A stretch of DNA of 64,000 bases from assembly GCF_006345805.1 (NCBI RefSeq), contig NC_042998.1:129642001-129706000 (forward strand). Direction: 5' to 3'. A program made the translations under genes and the position numbers. The stretch comes from Octopus sinensis. Lineage: Eukaryota. Below the pieces are notes generated by a model. It was given only the letters and a program-made list of their open reading frames with translations. It searched no databases and was not told the origin of the DNA. Of this stretch, positions 52,716 to 64,000 are shown one piece after another; the first letter of the stretch is position 1; each line of letters begins with the position of its first letter.

Positions 52716-52750
52716 GGAGGAGGAGGAGGAGGAGGATATGATGATAATAA
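52500..52750. repeat. (AAT)n/(GAT)n/(GAG)n compound microsatellite
   Basis: Directly visible. Confidence 0.9.
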
Positions 52751-52758
52751 TAACAATC

Positions 52759-52912
52759 ATGTACATTCATTATTGACATTATTTAAATATGACGGATATT
52801 TGCCCTCATTTTGTTTGTTGCCCACGGGCATATGTCATAGTGGTTAAGAGGGCGGGCTACTAACCCCAAGATTTCGAGTTCGATTCCTGGCAGTGAACTG
52901 AATAATAATAAC

Positions 52913-53007
<95 letters not shown>

Positions 53008-53161
53008 CATCGAAAATACCTCAGGAATGAGAACACAGGTTCGAAATTCCCTCAAGACATCTGATGAAGTCCGGAGAGTATATCAGCTGAAACGGTGTGT
53101 TAACAAGAAACAAGATGAAGACAAATAGCGGTTAAATTTAAATAATGTAAATAATGTACAT
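52759..53161 (+). mobile_element. tRNA-headed, hammerhead-tailed short element with an inverted copy of its 3' end upstream (candidate PLE-mobilised SINE)
   Basis: tRNA-like head 52826-52898 (A-box-like tcatagtggtta, B box gagttcgattcc); (AAT)n 52901-53005; HHR-like motif 53056-53101; 52759-52820 is an ~80% identical reverse complement of 53104-53161. Confidence 0.65.
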
Positions 53162-53169
53162 AATTCGTC

Positions 53170-53640
53170 ATCTCTTAAAAATAGAAATGAATCATGTACA
53201 TTGTTTTGTATTATAGACGGGCTACAGCAAATATTCTGCTCAGTAACAGATTTGCTTGTCTGTTGCTTGACCTTAACTTGATGAGCATGTCCCTTAGTAG
53301 CTAAAGGTATGTGCATCTCTGATCACGAGCAGAGGAAGGCGGGGAGCGTCATAGCTGTTTGTTGAGAGAAATTCTTCGGGGTTTTGATAATTCATCTTTG
53401 GAAACATGTGTGTTTTGTTCAACAACCTTAAACAACCCTTATTCAAGGACCTTTTGAGCGAGATTCTAAGTGGACCCAACTGCAAGGTTTTGCAGATCAC
53501 CATGTCGTGCACATATGGTGGTGATGCACGTACCTGGTGAATCTCTTATGAGACGGGTAGTCATGATAGGTATATTGGGCTTCGTATATTTTACTCAGTG
53601 TCACTATGATGACATGCACTGCTCTTTTACTCAATCATCA
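53170..53640 (+). mobile_element. Non-coding retroposon or LINE 3' region ending in an (AAT/AAC)n tail
   Basis: Ends atgcactgctcttttactc followed by aatcatcataacaacaac. The terminal 19 bp recur inverted at 16180-16198. Confidence 0.45.
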
Positions 53641-55619
53641 TAACAACAACAACAACAACATGGACTAATGATGCACACAAGGAAGGTTCACTGCTGGGAT
53701 TTAAGAACAATGTTCGTACTGTCCATATTTTAAACTCTGATTTTCAAAGAAAAATTCGAAACAGAGTGGATATTTTAGAATTTAGGGGGAGGAGAGGGCG
53801 CTAAACAATTAAAAAATAAATTTTATAAACATATAAATTTCAGTGAATAGAATACAAATTCGCAAAACTTTTGTGAAAATTTCTGAAAATTAGAAAAAGT
53901 TATAAAGGATTATATGGAATGTTCAAACCAGAATTCTGCCATCTCCCACACACCCACATATATCGGTGTGTGTTTATATTTCTGTGTTTCTGTATCTATA
54001 TACAAAATTCACAGAACTTGAACAAAAAGAATCAAAATGAAAACACACTGTGTAAATTGCCAATACTGCCTGGTGAACACAGCAAAAATAACCTCGAAAC
54101 GTTTTACTGAGCAAAAACATTTGCCAGTGCGCTCAGCATAATGGAAGCTATTAGAAAATTTGGGAGCTTCGCAAAATGGGATATACGTGAATATTTATTT
54201 CGCGATCGTACTTGCAAGTATTCTGTTATCTAAGGAGAAATTGTGAGAACTCTCCATAAGAATGAAAATACCATGCGAAGGCGAATCAATAAGCCGCTAC
54301 AAAGAAAATAGACAATAAATCTAGTTAGATTGAAAGAATATATCTATATGCTGTTCCGAATTTGCGAGCATCGGTCTTTATTACTGTCGTTCAATCACAT
54401 ACACTTTGATATTTAGATACTTAACACTTAGATACTTGGATATTTAGATGTTTCGACCAGAATTAGCCCAGGCGATGTCTAACTTGATAGCACTACCTGG
54501 AAAATATACACGTCTTGATGAAAGTTTCATCAGCAATATTTGTAAAATATTAGTAGGTTGTATACAGGTCTTTATATACAGCAAATATGAGACGCACGCA
54601 CCTATACATACAAACACACAAATATACACAAACATAGATAAGCATCTGGTTACCTTGGGATATGCAAATAGGATTAGAGTAAAATGTACATAGAAAGTAG
54701 ATACACACATAGAGAGAAAGAGGGGTGATAGAAAGTGGGAGAGAGAGATAGAGATGGAGGGGTAGAGACAGATTGTGGGTGAGGTGTGTACGGAGTTGAA
54801 TGGGGAAAGTTGTTAAAAATTTAGGTTAAAAATACTCATAGATTGCTAATTGGCTTCTTTGGGATATAACAAGGGAAAGTAAAGCACACATACACTCTCA
54901 TAAACATATGCGTAATCACTCCGTCTATCATTACTATATATATATGCACACAAAATGATTCAGACACACATTCTTGCATGCGGATTTATACAAAATCACG
55001 AACAATATTCATGCACGAAGATATTTCGAAGAAAAATTTAGCCGAAAAATGAATCTGATATCTTAAGTAATTAGCATTAAATTAGGACTTGAAGAACTAG
55101 TAACAGAAGGACGCTAAGCAAAATTTTATGCAAAAGTCTTTAAAGAGAGAGAAAGAGTGGAAGAAACGTCTTGTTAACAAAGCTTCTTGAAACCAATTAA
55201 AATTTCGACATAGTTAAATCAGTACACAGTAGTGCAGTAATTCGCATAGAAATATGCATGGAGATGTATGCACACACATCCATATTCATCCATCCATCAT
55301 ACAAATATATGTACATGTACATACTCATATACCTATACACAACATGCATACGTACATATGTATGTATATGCATAAATACTTACAAATAATGTTGCACAAT
55401 GGCATTCCCTCTTCTCTTCAGTTTATTTTCCTATCTTTTCAGATTTTCTTCATTCATTTTTAGCTCCTTCAGTATGACGTAAATTCCATTCACCTACCAC
55501 CTTTCTCTCTGTCTATCTCTCATATCCGTTAATTTCTGTAGACTTCTCTTTCTATCTATATCTACCGCTCACATTTTCTTTTACATTCGATAGTTACGCC
55601 GTATATAAATATCTATACA

Positions 55620-56771
55620 CATGTTCAGGGTGCGTAAAGCACTTCAGGACATACCTTTTTGAGGGGGTCATTGCTGCATTTTTTGCTAACTCTGTTTAAT
55701 CTCTATTTCAGAAAATAATATTGGCAGACCCCACTCAGCTTGCTCAAGAAATGAAGAGGCATGCTATTATAGTGGTTATAAAGGCTGAGCATAGCGATTT
55801 AGAAATAATTCGATTTTTAAAAGTTGCCAGATCTTTCGTCTACAAAGCTAGAGACTGAAGATGGAAATGTATCACAAGTATCAAAACATAGAAAGCATTC
55901 TAAATGCTCTGAAATCATCAGAACATCTGAATTCATCCAACAAGTTCAACAGACCATTCATTACAATCTCAGAAAGTCCATGAAGTCAATTGCAAAAGAT
56001 TTCCATGTGTCAGAAGGAACAAGCAGAAATGTTGTCCACGAAGACATTATATGATGAAGGAAGGTCAATTTGTCAGAAAAAGCAAAAGAAAATCACTATA
56101 TCAGATCATAAAATGTTCTTAAACAAGCTGTAAAATCCGGAAGAAGATTTGATTTAGATTTTTTCAAACGTGAAATACTTCGACCAAGATCAAAATGTTA
56201 ACAGAAGAAATAACAGATGTTTATGTGTAGACCCCCCCTGAAGCTCCAAATGTTATGCATACAAAACTTTCCTGTAACTGTCATGGTTTTAGGGCTTGTC
56301 AGCAATAAAGGACATGTGATGCCTCCTTACTTCTCTCCACAAGGCCACAGAATTAACTCTGCTGCCTACATTAATGTTCTGGATAGACAGTTTATGCAAT
56401 GGAAGGCCATATATGTTTCAGTAAGACTCTGCACTAATAAACATGGCTCTAGTAACACAGGAATGGATGGCGGAAAATTTTCATGATCACGTAACTCCTA
56501 ACATTTATCCTCCTAATTTCCCAGATTTCAACACATTGGAGTGTTGCTGAGAGATCGATCGAAGAACAGGCCCATAACATCAACGATTCTTTGAAAGCTT
56601 CCATGGTCAGAGTAATGTCCAAAATGAACCAGGACCGCTGGATTCGACTATGTAGATAATTTAGATCTCATATAGAAGTATTTTTTGATAAATAAATATA
56701 TTATCTGTTATTATAGAACTTTTTTGTTTTATAAACATAAATCTGTCCCCAGATATCGTACGCATCCTGTA
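55620..56771 (+). mobile_element. Degraded Tc1/mariner-superfamily element (maT/DD37D-like), near full length
   Basis: Termini cagggtgcgta and tacgcatcctgta; MKRHAIIVVIK start; VTVMVLGLVSNKGHVMPP; PPNFPDFN. Homologous to 30165-30928. Confidence 0.82.
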
Positions 56772-57041
56772 TACTCTCTCATTTTACTGGCGTCAGCTAT
56801 TGAGTGTGGCCTAGCTGTGATAACATAGCTAGGGTTTTAGTCTATATCAATCCCAAAACACTACCTTCACCTGATACTCAGTTTAGTAATCGCTGTTTGT
56901 TGAACGACTACATTACGGCACAATAGGAAATATAAACACAGGGGCTTATGTAACAAGAGCAGCGTAGATACACAAAAGTACATATGTGTATATATATATA
57001 TATATATGCAAATCAGTTTTTTAATAAAATGAATATACATG

Positions 57042-58451
57042 TACATAGGAAGCCGAAATTTTAGGATGTTGGTACAAATGCTCTTTCTTAATTGTGGCCA
57101 CGGTTTTTCGTGAATAATTGAGAATTTACGGAAATTGACCGTCTGAAGTTATTATGCAAATGTTGGGATTCATATTTTTACAGTGTTAATGATACGTTTT
57201 TGTTATTTTGCAGGTCATAATATAATCATGGATAAAAAGAAAGATATTACAGTGTCTGCAAAGCAGAAAATAACTAAGCGTTTAAGTGATGGTATGACAT
57301 CTTTAAACATTTCGAAGCAACTTGGCCAAGATCACCGAACAATCGAGAAAACAATTGAAGATATAACAAAGAACAGGAAACCAAGGTCTGGAAAGAGGTT
57401 CAAGAATTTGTCTATGAGAGATAAATTTCAGCTGAAACACATTGTCGCTAAAAACCCATTACTCGGTAGTGATAAGTTATTTAATATAGCTGGGATTGTT
57501 GGAGTAAAGAGAGTCAAAAGGTGTAGCGTCCTTTGCGACATTGGTTTTGTGAAAAAAATCTCCTCGCCAGCCTCCTATACCTCCATTTAATATTGAAAAC
57601 GTCTAAAAAATTTTGGCAAGAAAGTACCTACAAACAGGTTTCAGATATGCCATAGTCACTGACGAATCGCGCGTCACATTAGATGGTCCAGATCGATGGG
57701 CTAAAGGATGGGTTCTCAGGCCAAGATGCTCCTATGATGAGAAGACTGCAACAAGAAGGTGGTGGTGTAATGATATGAGCTGGTATTGTTAATAGCGCCA
57801 GCATTGGACCATTTAATGTTGACGAAGGTGTAAAAATCAACAGTACTAATTATTGTGAATTCTTGGACCAACATTTCTTTGAATGGTACAAGCGTCAGCC
57901 TCGTAGTTTCAAGACAAAGTGTATATTTATGCATGACAATGCTTCTCGCCTATTTCGTGAATTTCTTGAGCACAAACAATTTGCCGAAGACAAAATATTG
58001 GAGCAGCCACCGTCAAGCTCTGACTTGAACCCAATAGAAAACCTCTGGTCAATCGTCAAATAGAAACTCTATGAAGGAGGCTAACAGTACAACATTAAGG
58101 TAGAACTGTGGGATGCTTTACAAAGTACTACAGCTGCAGTTTCATCAGATCAAATTGGAAAACTAACAAATTCGATGGAAAACAGATTAATAAAGTTGAT
58201 TGAAAAGAATGGACGTTGTGTCAACGTGTAAATTGTTTCTGTTTCAACGTTGTTCTTTGAATTTGTAAAAAGTTCATAATGGGTTCATATATTTTAATTG
58301 TCCTGACACGCAGAGCAAATAATTCCAACATTTGCATGATAACTTCAGACAGCCAATTTAGGTAAATTCTCAATTACTCACGAAAAACAGATCAGTCACA
58401 ATTAAGAAGGACCATTTGAACCAACATCCTAAAATTTCAGCTTCCTATGTA
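57042..58451 (+). mobile_element. Tc1-like (DD34E) transposon, full length, inactivated
   Basis: ~130-bp TIRs beginning tacataggaagc.gaaattttaggatgttgg, with TA at both ends. Transposase 57228-58230 with TDESR, MHDNA and PPSSSDLNPIENLW, plus in-frame stops. Confidence 0.93.
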
Positions 58452-58540
58452 CATTCATTTTATTGAAAAGAACCGATTTTCATTATATCTTCAGACAAAG
58501 TATATACATATATATATGTGTGTGTGTGTATAAATATAGA

Positions 58541-58713
58541 GGCGCAGGTGTGGCTGTGTGGTAAAAAAAGCTTCCCAATCATATGAGTCTAGTTTTAGTC
58601 TCACTACGTGGCATCTAGGGAAAGTGTCTTCTACTATAGTCTCGGGACACCCAAAGTCTTGTGAGTGTATTTGGTAAACGGGAACTGAAAGAAGCCAGTC
58701 GTATATATATATA

Positions 58714-58795
<82 letters not shown>

Positions 58796-58998
58796 CTTTC
58801 TGTCTGCTTGTGACCCACTACCGCTTGACAACCGGTGTGTTGGTGTTGGTGTGTTTATCGGCAAAACAGACCGATAAAGCAATTACTAGTCTTCAAAAAA
58901 GAACATAAGTCCGGGGGCAAATTTGTTCGACTGAAACCGTTCAAGGCGGTGCCTCAGCAGGGCCGCAGTTACGTTACTGAAACAAAATGAGAAATAAA
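58541..58998 (+). mobile_element. Full-length SINE (same family as 48124-48538), diverged
   Basis: Colinear similarity to 48124-48538. Confidence 0.85.
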
Positions 58999-59045
58999 GG
59001 TATAGAAACGTTCGTTGTCCTCTTTAACAATTATATATACATATA

Positions 59046-59360
59046 TCACCGTGATCCCCGTGACCGACCAGGCTATCAGATGTTGCTACACATCGCTGGT
59101 CACAATGCGCTTCGCATTGTTTTAGGCTTCAAATGACGCCACCCCGCTGGCTAAGCGAGCAGGCCAACAGAAGAAAGAGTGAGAGAAAGTTGTGACGAAA
59201 GAGTACAGCACGGATCGCCACCACCCCCTGCCGGAGCTTCGTGGAGTTTTTAGGTGTTTTCGTTCAATAAACACTCATAACACACCTGGTTTGGGAATCA
59301 GAACCGCGATCCCACGACCGCGAGTCCGCTGCCCTAACCAATGGGTCATTGTGGCTCCAC
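59046..59360 (-). mobile_element. tRNA-derived SINE, full length
   Basis: Head and body shared with 33850-34153 up to actttctctcactct; different 3' tail. Confidence 0.85.
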
Positions 59361-59365
59361 ACACA

Positions 59366-59397
<32 letters not shown>

Positions 59398-59590
59398 CAC
59401 ACACCACACACACACACACATATATAGTTATAATTGTTAACAAGGACAACAAGCGTTAAGGCAAGGCAAACATATCATTATTGGAAAAAATTCTAAGTCA
59501 TCAGCTGTTTCTGGGTTATCTCAGAGTATGGTTTATTCTGTCACCAGAGACAAATAAAGAAAATGAGAAGGATATAGATTAATGAAATGA

Positions 59591-59626
<36 letters not shown>

Positions 59627-59962
59627 GCATTCACATACACACACACGCGCACACACGCAGCAGAGACGAAAAATGGAATACACGAGAAACTTTATTGTTC
59701 ACAACGATCGTTTCTACACATCCTGTATCGATCGCTCGGATGTGCGAAACTATGCAACTAGTTGTGGTGCAGAAGCGTCCACTTAGGTGCCCTAATAAGA
59801 GGTGACTCGTTAAATGGACTCTGCTTCTCTTAGATCCAATGCAGCATGTTGTTAGTGTCCTACAAGACAGGAATGGCGAGGGACAAATTCCGATGCAAGG
59901 TTATAAATACAGACACTGAGTAACAAAATAAGAAAACCAATACGAAGAAAATATACAATAAA

Positions 59963-60130
59963 TTCTTTTGTACTCTAGGAATAGGACCTGAACTTATTTG
60001 GGGGAAGGGGCTAGTCGATTAGAGTGACCCCAGTACGCAACTGGTACTTAATTTATCGACACCGAACGGCAAAGTCGACCTCGGTGGAATTTGAACTCAG
60101 AACGTAAAGACGGGCGAAATACTGCAAAGC
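59963..60130 (-). mobile_element. SINE fragment (B box and central domain)
   Basis: Minus strand gagttcaaattcc (B box), then gaggtcgactttgcc...gtcgataaattaagtaccagt. Confidence 0.7.
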
Positions 60131-60659
60131 ATACAATAAATTAAAACATTAAGTGTTTCAGTACCCAGATATAATTACTTCCACAGCCACACCTTCGGTC
60201 CTTTGTATGCACACACACACATGCCAAGACACTCACACTCGGTCCTTTCTACACATACGCACACACTCGCTCGCTTGCTTTCGTTATATTTCCAATTTCC
60301 TTTTTTTTGCTTTCATAATTTTCACTCGGTACTTCGCTCCACCCTTTAACATACTCACAGTATATCGTCCTCACATACACTGTCAGTAGATTTTCATTTA
60401 ACACCCTTACGAATCTGAACATTATTCTTTCCCACTCTTAAGAATGTACCAGTTCGGTTAACAAATAATAGAAACATATTCTTCAGAAATTCTTAAAGCA
60501 ATCAAAGCAAATAATTATGAAATATTGCAAAGAATATAAATATATTGCAGAAATGACAAGAATTAGTAACGAAAGTGAAAAATAATAATTAATATTGGAC
60601 TTTATAATGAGGATGGTGCCAAGCTTATAATTAATGACAATGATTCAGAGTATGTATAC

Positions 60660-60721
60660 TGATGTTGATAACGGGGATGATGATGATGGCCATAACGATG
60701 AAGACGATGGTGATGGTGAAT

Positions 60722-60777
<56 letters not shown>

Positions 60778-60838
60778 AATGATGATGACGACGACGACGA
60801 CGACGATTATGACGACAACGACGATTGTGACGATGATT

Positions 60839-60881
<43 letters not shown>

Positions 60882-60960
60882 CGATGATGATTATGGTGGT
60901 GATGATGATTATGACGATGTTGATGATACTGAATCCATTGATAATAATGATGATGACGTT
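60660..60960. repeat. (GAT)n/(GAC)n microsatellite
   Basis: Directly visible; source of the poly-D/M/H ORFs. Confidence 0.96.
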
Positions 60961-61039
60961 TACTGAAAGTAGATTTAATTACGTGAAAGAGAAGTCGCAA
61001 AGGATAGTGGTTTAAACTGGAGAACACCTGATTGCGATA

Positions 61040-62150
61040 GACACTCAAAGCATGCTGCCACTCACCAATGAATGCTTACTAGAAATCGGAAAACAGTAAG
61101 TAGCTGCAGGATATGTGACGATAAGCAAGAAACAGTTAACCACATAATCTGGCTCCCCCTTCCTAGCTAAGAAATGCTACCTCCACAGATATGACAGAGT
61201 TATGATTTGCATACACTGGAAGCTATGTAGTATTATGTATCCAGGGCAACACTAAGCTACATCAGGTGATGAGACACCTGTTCGGGAGCTCTGGAGTTGT
61301 GGTTAGTGGGAACTCACTTTTTAATTACCATCACTTCCAGCTCTGTTGTGATCCAGAACGGTAGTTCTTGTTAGTGTCTCATTTGTGGCTTAAATAAGTT
61401 TTTGTAAGGGTAGGTTGAGCTTCTTAGCTGTGGTGAAAGAAATCAATCTGGAGAAGGAAAGCTTCAAGATTAATACACTCTTCCAATATGCCCTAAGCCA
61501 GCATGGAAGAGTATGGCTGATGAAAATAATATGAGGTATGTCCAGTAACATAGATTCACGCTACGGGGGCAACTATCTCTGGATAGTGCGCGTTCTGTTA
61601 CGGTTGGAAAAAGAGGGGCATGAATGCAGTATTATGAGACAACAAACAGAAAAGAGCTAGTGTTGTCATATATTATGAAAAGAGGACTCCGAGAATGTCA
61701 AATGGACCATGCACTAGGATATATCAAAACACAAACAATGATGGATTATTGGTTACATATTATTGTAAATAATTTCTAGTAAGTAATGATCACACAACGA
61801 AGAATTTGTTGCGACATATGTTAAAAGATTGTATTTTACGCAGATATACAGTATTCATCCAAATAGAAAGAATAAGGAAAGCAAAGCAACTCGAATGTTA
61901 GAGCTGAAAGTAGAAACAATTCTTGTAGTAATATGCACGTTTGGAATCATAAAATAATATTCTGACAAATACATAACTAGGACAATATGATATAGAAATG
62001 TGCATTGCATATAGAAAGTAGCATTACTAGGCATAGTATAAATATTATTTAGAAACATTTGATACTGAGATAAAGAAAACCAAAATAAAGCACACAAATG
62101 CTCGATAGTACAGTAACAATTACAACTGGATAATGATGATGATGATGATG
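61040..62150 (+). mobile_element. R4/Dong-like (restriction-like endonuclease, RLE) non-LTR fragment, interrupted by a ~500-bp insert
   Basis: CRICDDKQETVNHII...YLHRYDRV...IHWKLC zinc knuckle (61060-61230); C-terminal KVALLG (about 62020). Confidence 0.65.
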
Positions 62151-62174
62151 CAAGAAATCTAGTCACTGCAATGG

Positions 62175-63462
62175 ATATCTGTACAGTTGCAGTGGTTAGA
62201 TATAGTGCGTCTCTTCTCAGCTTCACTGATGAAGAAATATGTAAGTTGGATTGAAAGACGAAAACGTTAATGACATTGTACGGAGCTTTACACCCTAAAG
62301 TAAATATAAATAGATTGTATATGAAAAGAAAGAATGATGGTAGAGGTCTCAACGGTGCGGATTATTGCATAAGGAGTGAAAAGAGACCGCGTATAGAATA
62401 TTTGGTAAACAGTGGCGAATGATTGTGGCAATGTGCAACAGAATATATGATAAAAATGTAAATGAAATGTTTGGTAAGGAAGAGTTTAACCAAAGAGTTG
62501 CAGAGAATAAAGAAGATCTCGAAATGTGAATGCACGGTCAGCTTGACAGAAATACAAGATATCGAGGAGAAAACAGCGTCATTGACATGACTTAAGCAAG
62601 GCAATTTGAAGCCTTATAACTTTATCATTGAAAGCCTTATAACGGCAACGCAAAACCAAGCTCTTTCTACCCATTCGGTGACGTATTACATCTACAAAAC
62701 GTATGACACCCAAAAGTACAAATTCTGTGAAAAGACATGCCATTTTAAAGGAGATAGAACGATTCATCCTTGCTGCTCAAAAAGAAGCTTTACGAACCAG
62801 TTCACTCAAGTGCAGAAGTGATAAGATAGCAGTATCAATTTTGTGTAGACTATGTAAAAATATTACCAGAGACGGTTAGACATTATTAGTGCATGCTAAA
62901 ATCTGGCTCAAAGGAAGTACAAAAAACGCTATGACAAAATGAAAGTGCGAATACACTGGTAGTTGTGCAAGAAGTAGGGGCTAGAGTGTTTCCACTAGTG
63001 ATATGAGCACCAACCTTTGCTAGGAGCAGAGAATGATCAGAGGAAAGCACACGGGATATGCTGATCTAAGAAGGAGCTGCAACATAACTGATCAGTTATC
63101 ACCCTCCTATGGAAAGAATCCAAAATATGGATCTTCATCAACATAGATATACCTGCAGACCAGGATATTATGAGGGCAGAGAACTAGAAAATCGAGAAGT
63201 ACTAAGATCTACCATTGAAAATGAAACATCCATAGAGGCTGAAAAGTTTGTGTGATACCTATCGCGATCGGTGCACTTGTGACCATCTCAAAGAAAACAA
63301 TGTTCTGGCATGAAAATCTGCAAATACCAAACTTCATATGAAGTACACAGCTTGTAGCGATACTTGGAACAGTATATATGTTGAGGAAAGTGTTGAGTTT
63401 CTAGGCTGCGGGATGGCGTTGAGGCATGACATAGAAAACTCAGAAAAAGAAGGAATAATAAT
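62175..63462 (+). mobile_element. R4/Dong-like non-LTR retrotransposon, 3' portion
   Basis: VVRYSA...LD.KTK.LMT.YGALHPK.NI.RLY..RK..GRGL; LKQGNLK...ESLI.A.QNQAL; IHW.LC; PI.IGAL; VAILGTVYMLRKVLSF* at about 63403; short (AAT)n tail. Confidence 0.82.
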
Positions 63463-63779
63463 AATGAAGGCTTATATTCCCTAATCCAAAGAGAAAAAGT
63501 GCTTAGCAGGGATATTGAGTTATGGTTTGGAATAAATAAATGTGCAGAGTAAGCTATGAATAGAGACCGAAATATAGTTTGTTGGTATAAAATTACCACA
63601 CATTAATATTATGAGATCGCTGCAGAATAACGAGGGGCTAAAAGTAACCAGTAGTGCTGCAAGACGATTGGAAAATGGATTGGGAGATAAGAAAGAAAGT
63701 CTCCAAAATGTCCAAGAGAATATTTATGGTAGGACTCGAAATTAAATGGTGGGAATATTACCTAGGCCATGAATTTATG

Positions 63780-64000
63780 AGCCAAGACCAATATTAAGAT
63801 CCACTGCTCATGTTTTTAAATGGATAAAGACAGAACTATTAAACTAGGAAGCTCCTCACTATGTACAACACGCACCGCCCTAAAGGTAATACCGATAGAT
63901 ATTACCTATGAAGAAAAAATAAGGAGGCAGATGATTACTAAATGCAGAAGACACCGTTAGTATTGCAACATGGGGCTAGAAGAACGGTATTGTACGTAAT
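63780..64000 (+). mobile_element. Third R4/Dong-like fragment (continues past the window end)
   Basis: RKLLTMYNTHRPKGNTDRYYL.RK, homologous to the motif at about 62250-62350. Confidence 0.6.

Noticed and set aside
60602-61048. Poly-His, poly-Asp and poly-Met ORFs
   Set aside because: They are translations of (GAT)n/(GAC)n in different frames.

Overview
AT-rich eukaryotic genomic DNA, dense in microsatellites: (TA)n, (CA)n, (TATC)n, (AAT)n, (GAT)n and (ACC)n. The SINE families and repeat landscape resemble octopus, but that is an inference. I found no convincing host protein-coding exon, and most ORFs in the supplied track are translated microsatellites. The window is a mosaic of mobile elements. 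The largest is a 6.3-kb foldback (head-to-head inverted) Penelope-like retroelement (PLE) at 35943-42273, with reverse transcriptase (RT), a C-terminal GIY-YIG endonuclease and a type I hammerhead ribozyme (HHR) near each outer end. Three smaller foldback structures made of PLE-type 3' ends lie at 1596-1998, 2471-2602 and 31777-32604. Other elements: older PLE relics, a CR1-like LINE, R4/Dong-like LINE fragments, a deleted Ty3/Gypsy element, several Tc1/mariner-superfamily copies, a Helentron-type non-autonomous element, many tRNA-derived SINEs, and a tRNA-Leu(AAG) copy inside a Tigger-like MITE. The most novel candidate is at 52759-53161: a tRNA-like Pol III head, then (AAT)n, then an HHR-like 3' end, with an inverted copy of that 3' end upstream. 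It looks like a SINE mobilised by Penelope machinery. All alignments and RNA folds were done by eye, so coordinates of degraded elements are approximate.
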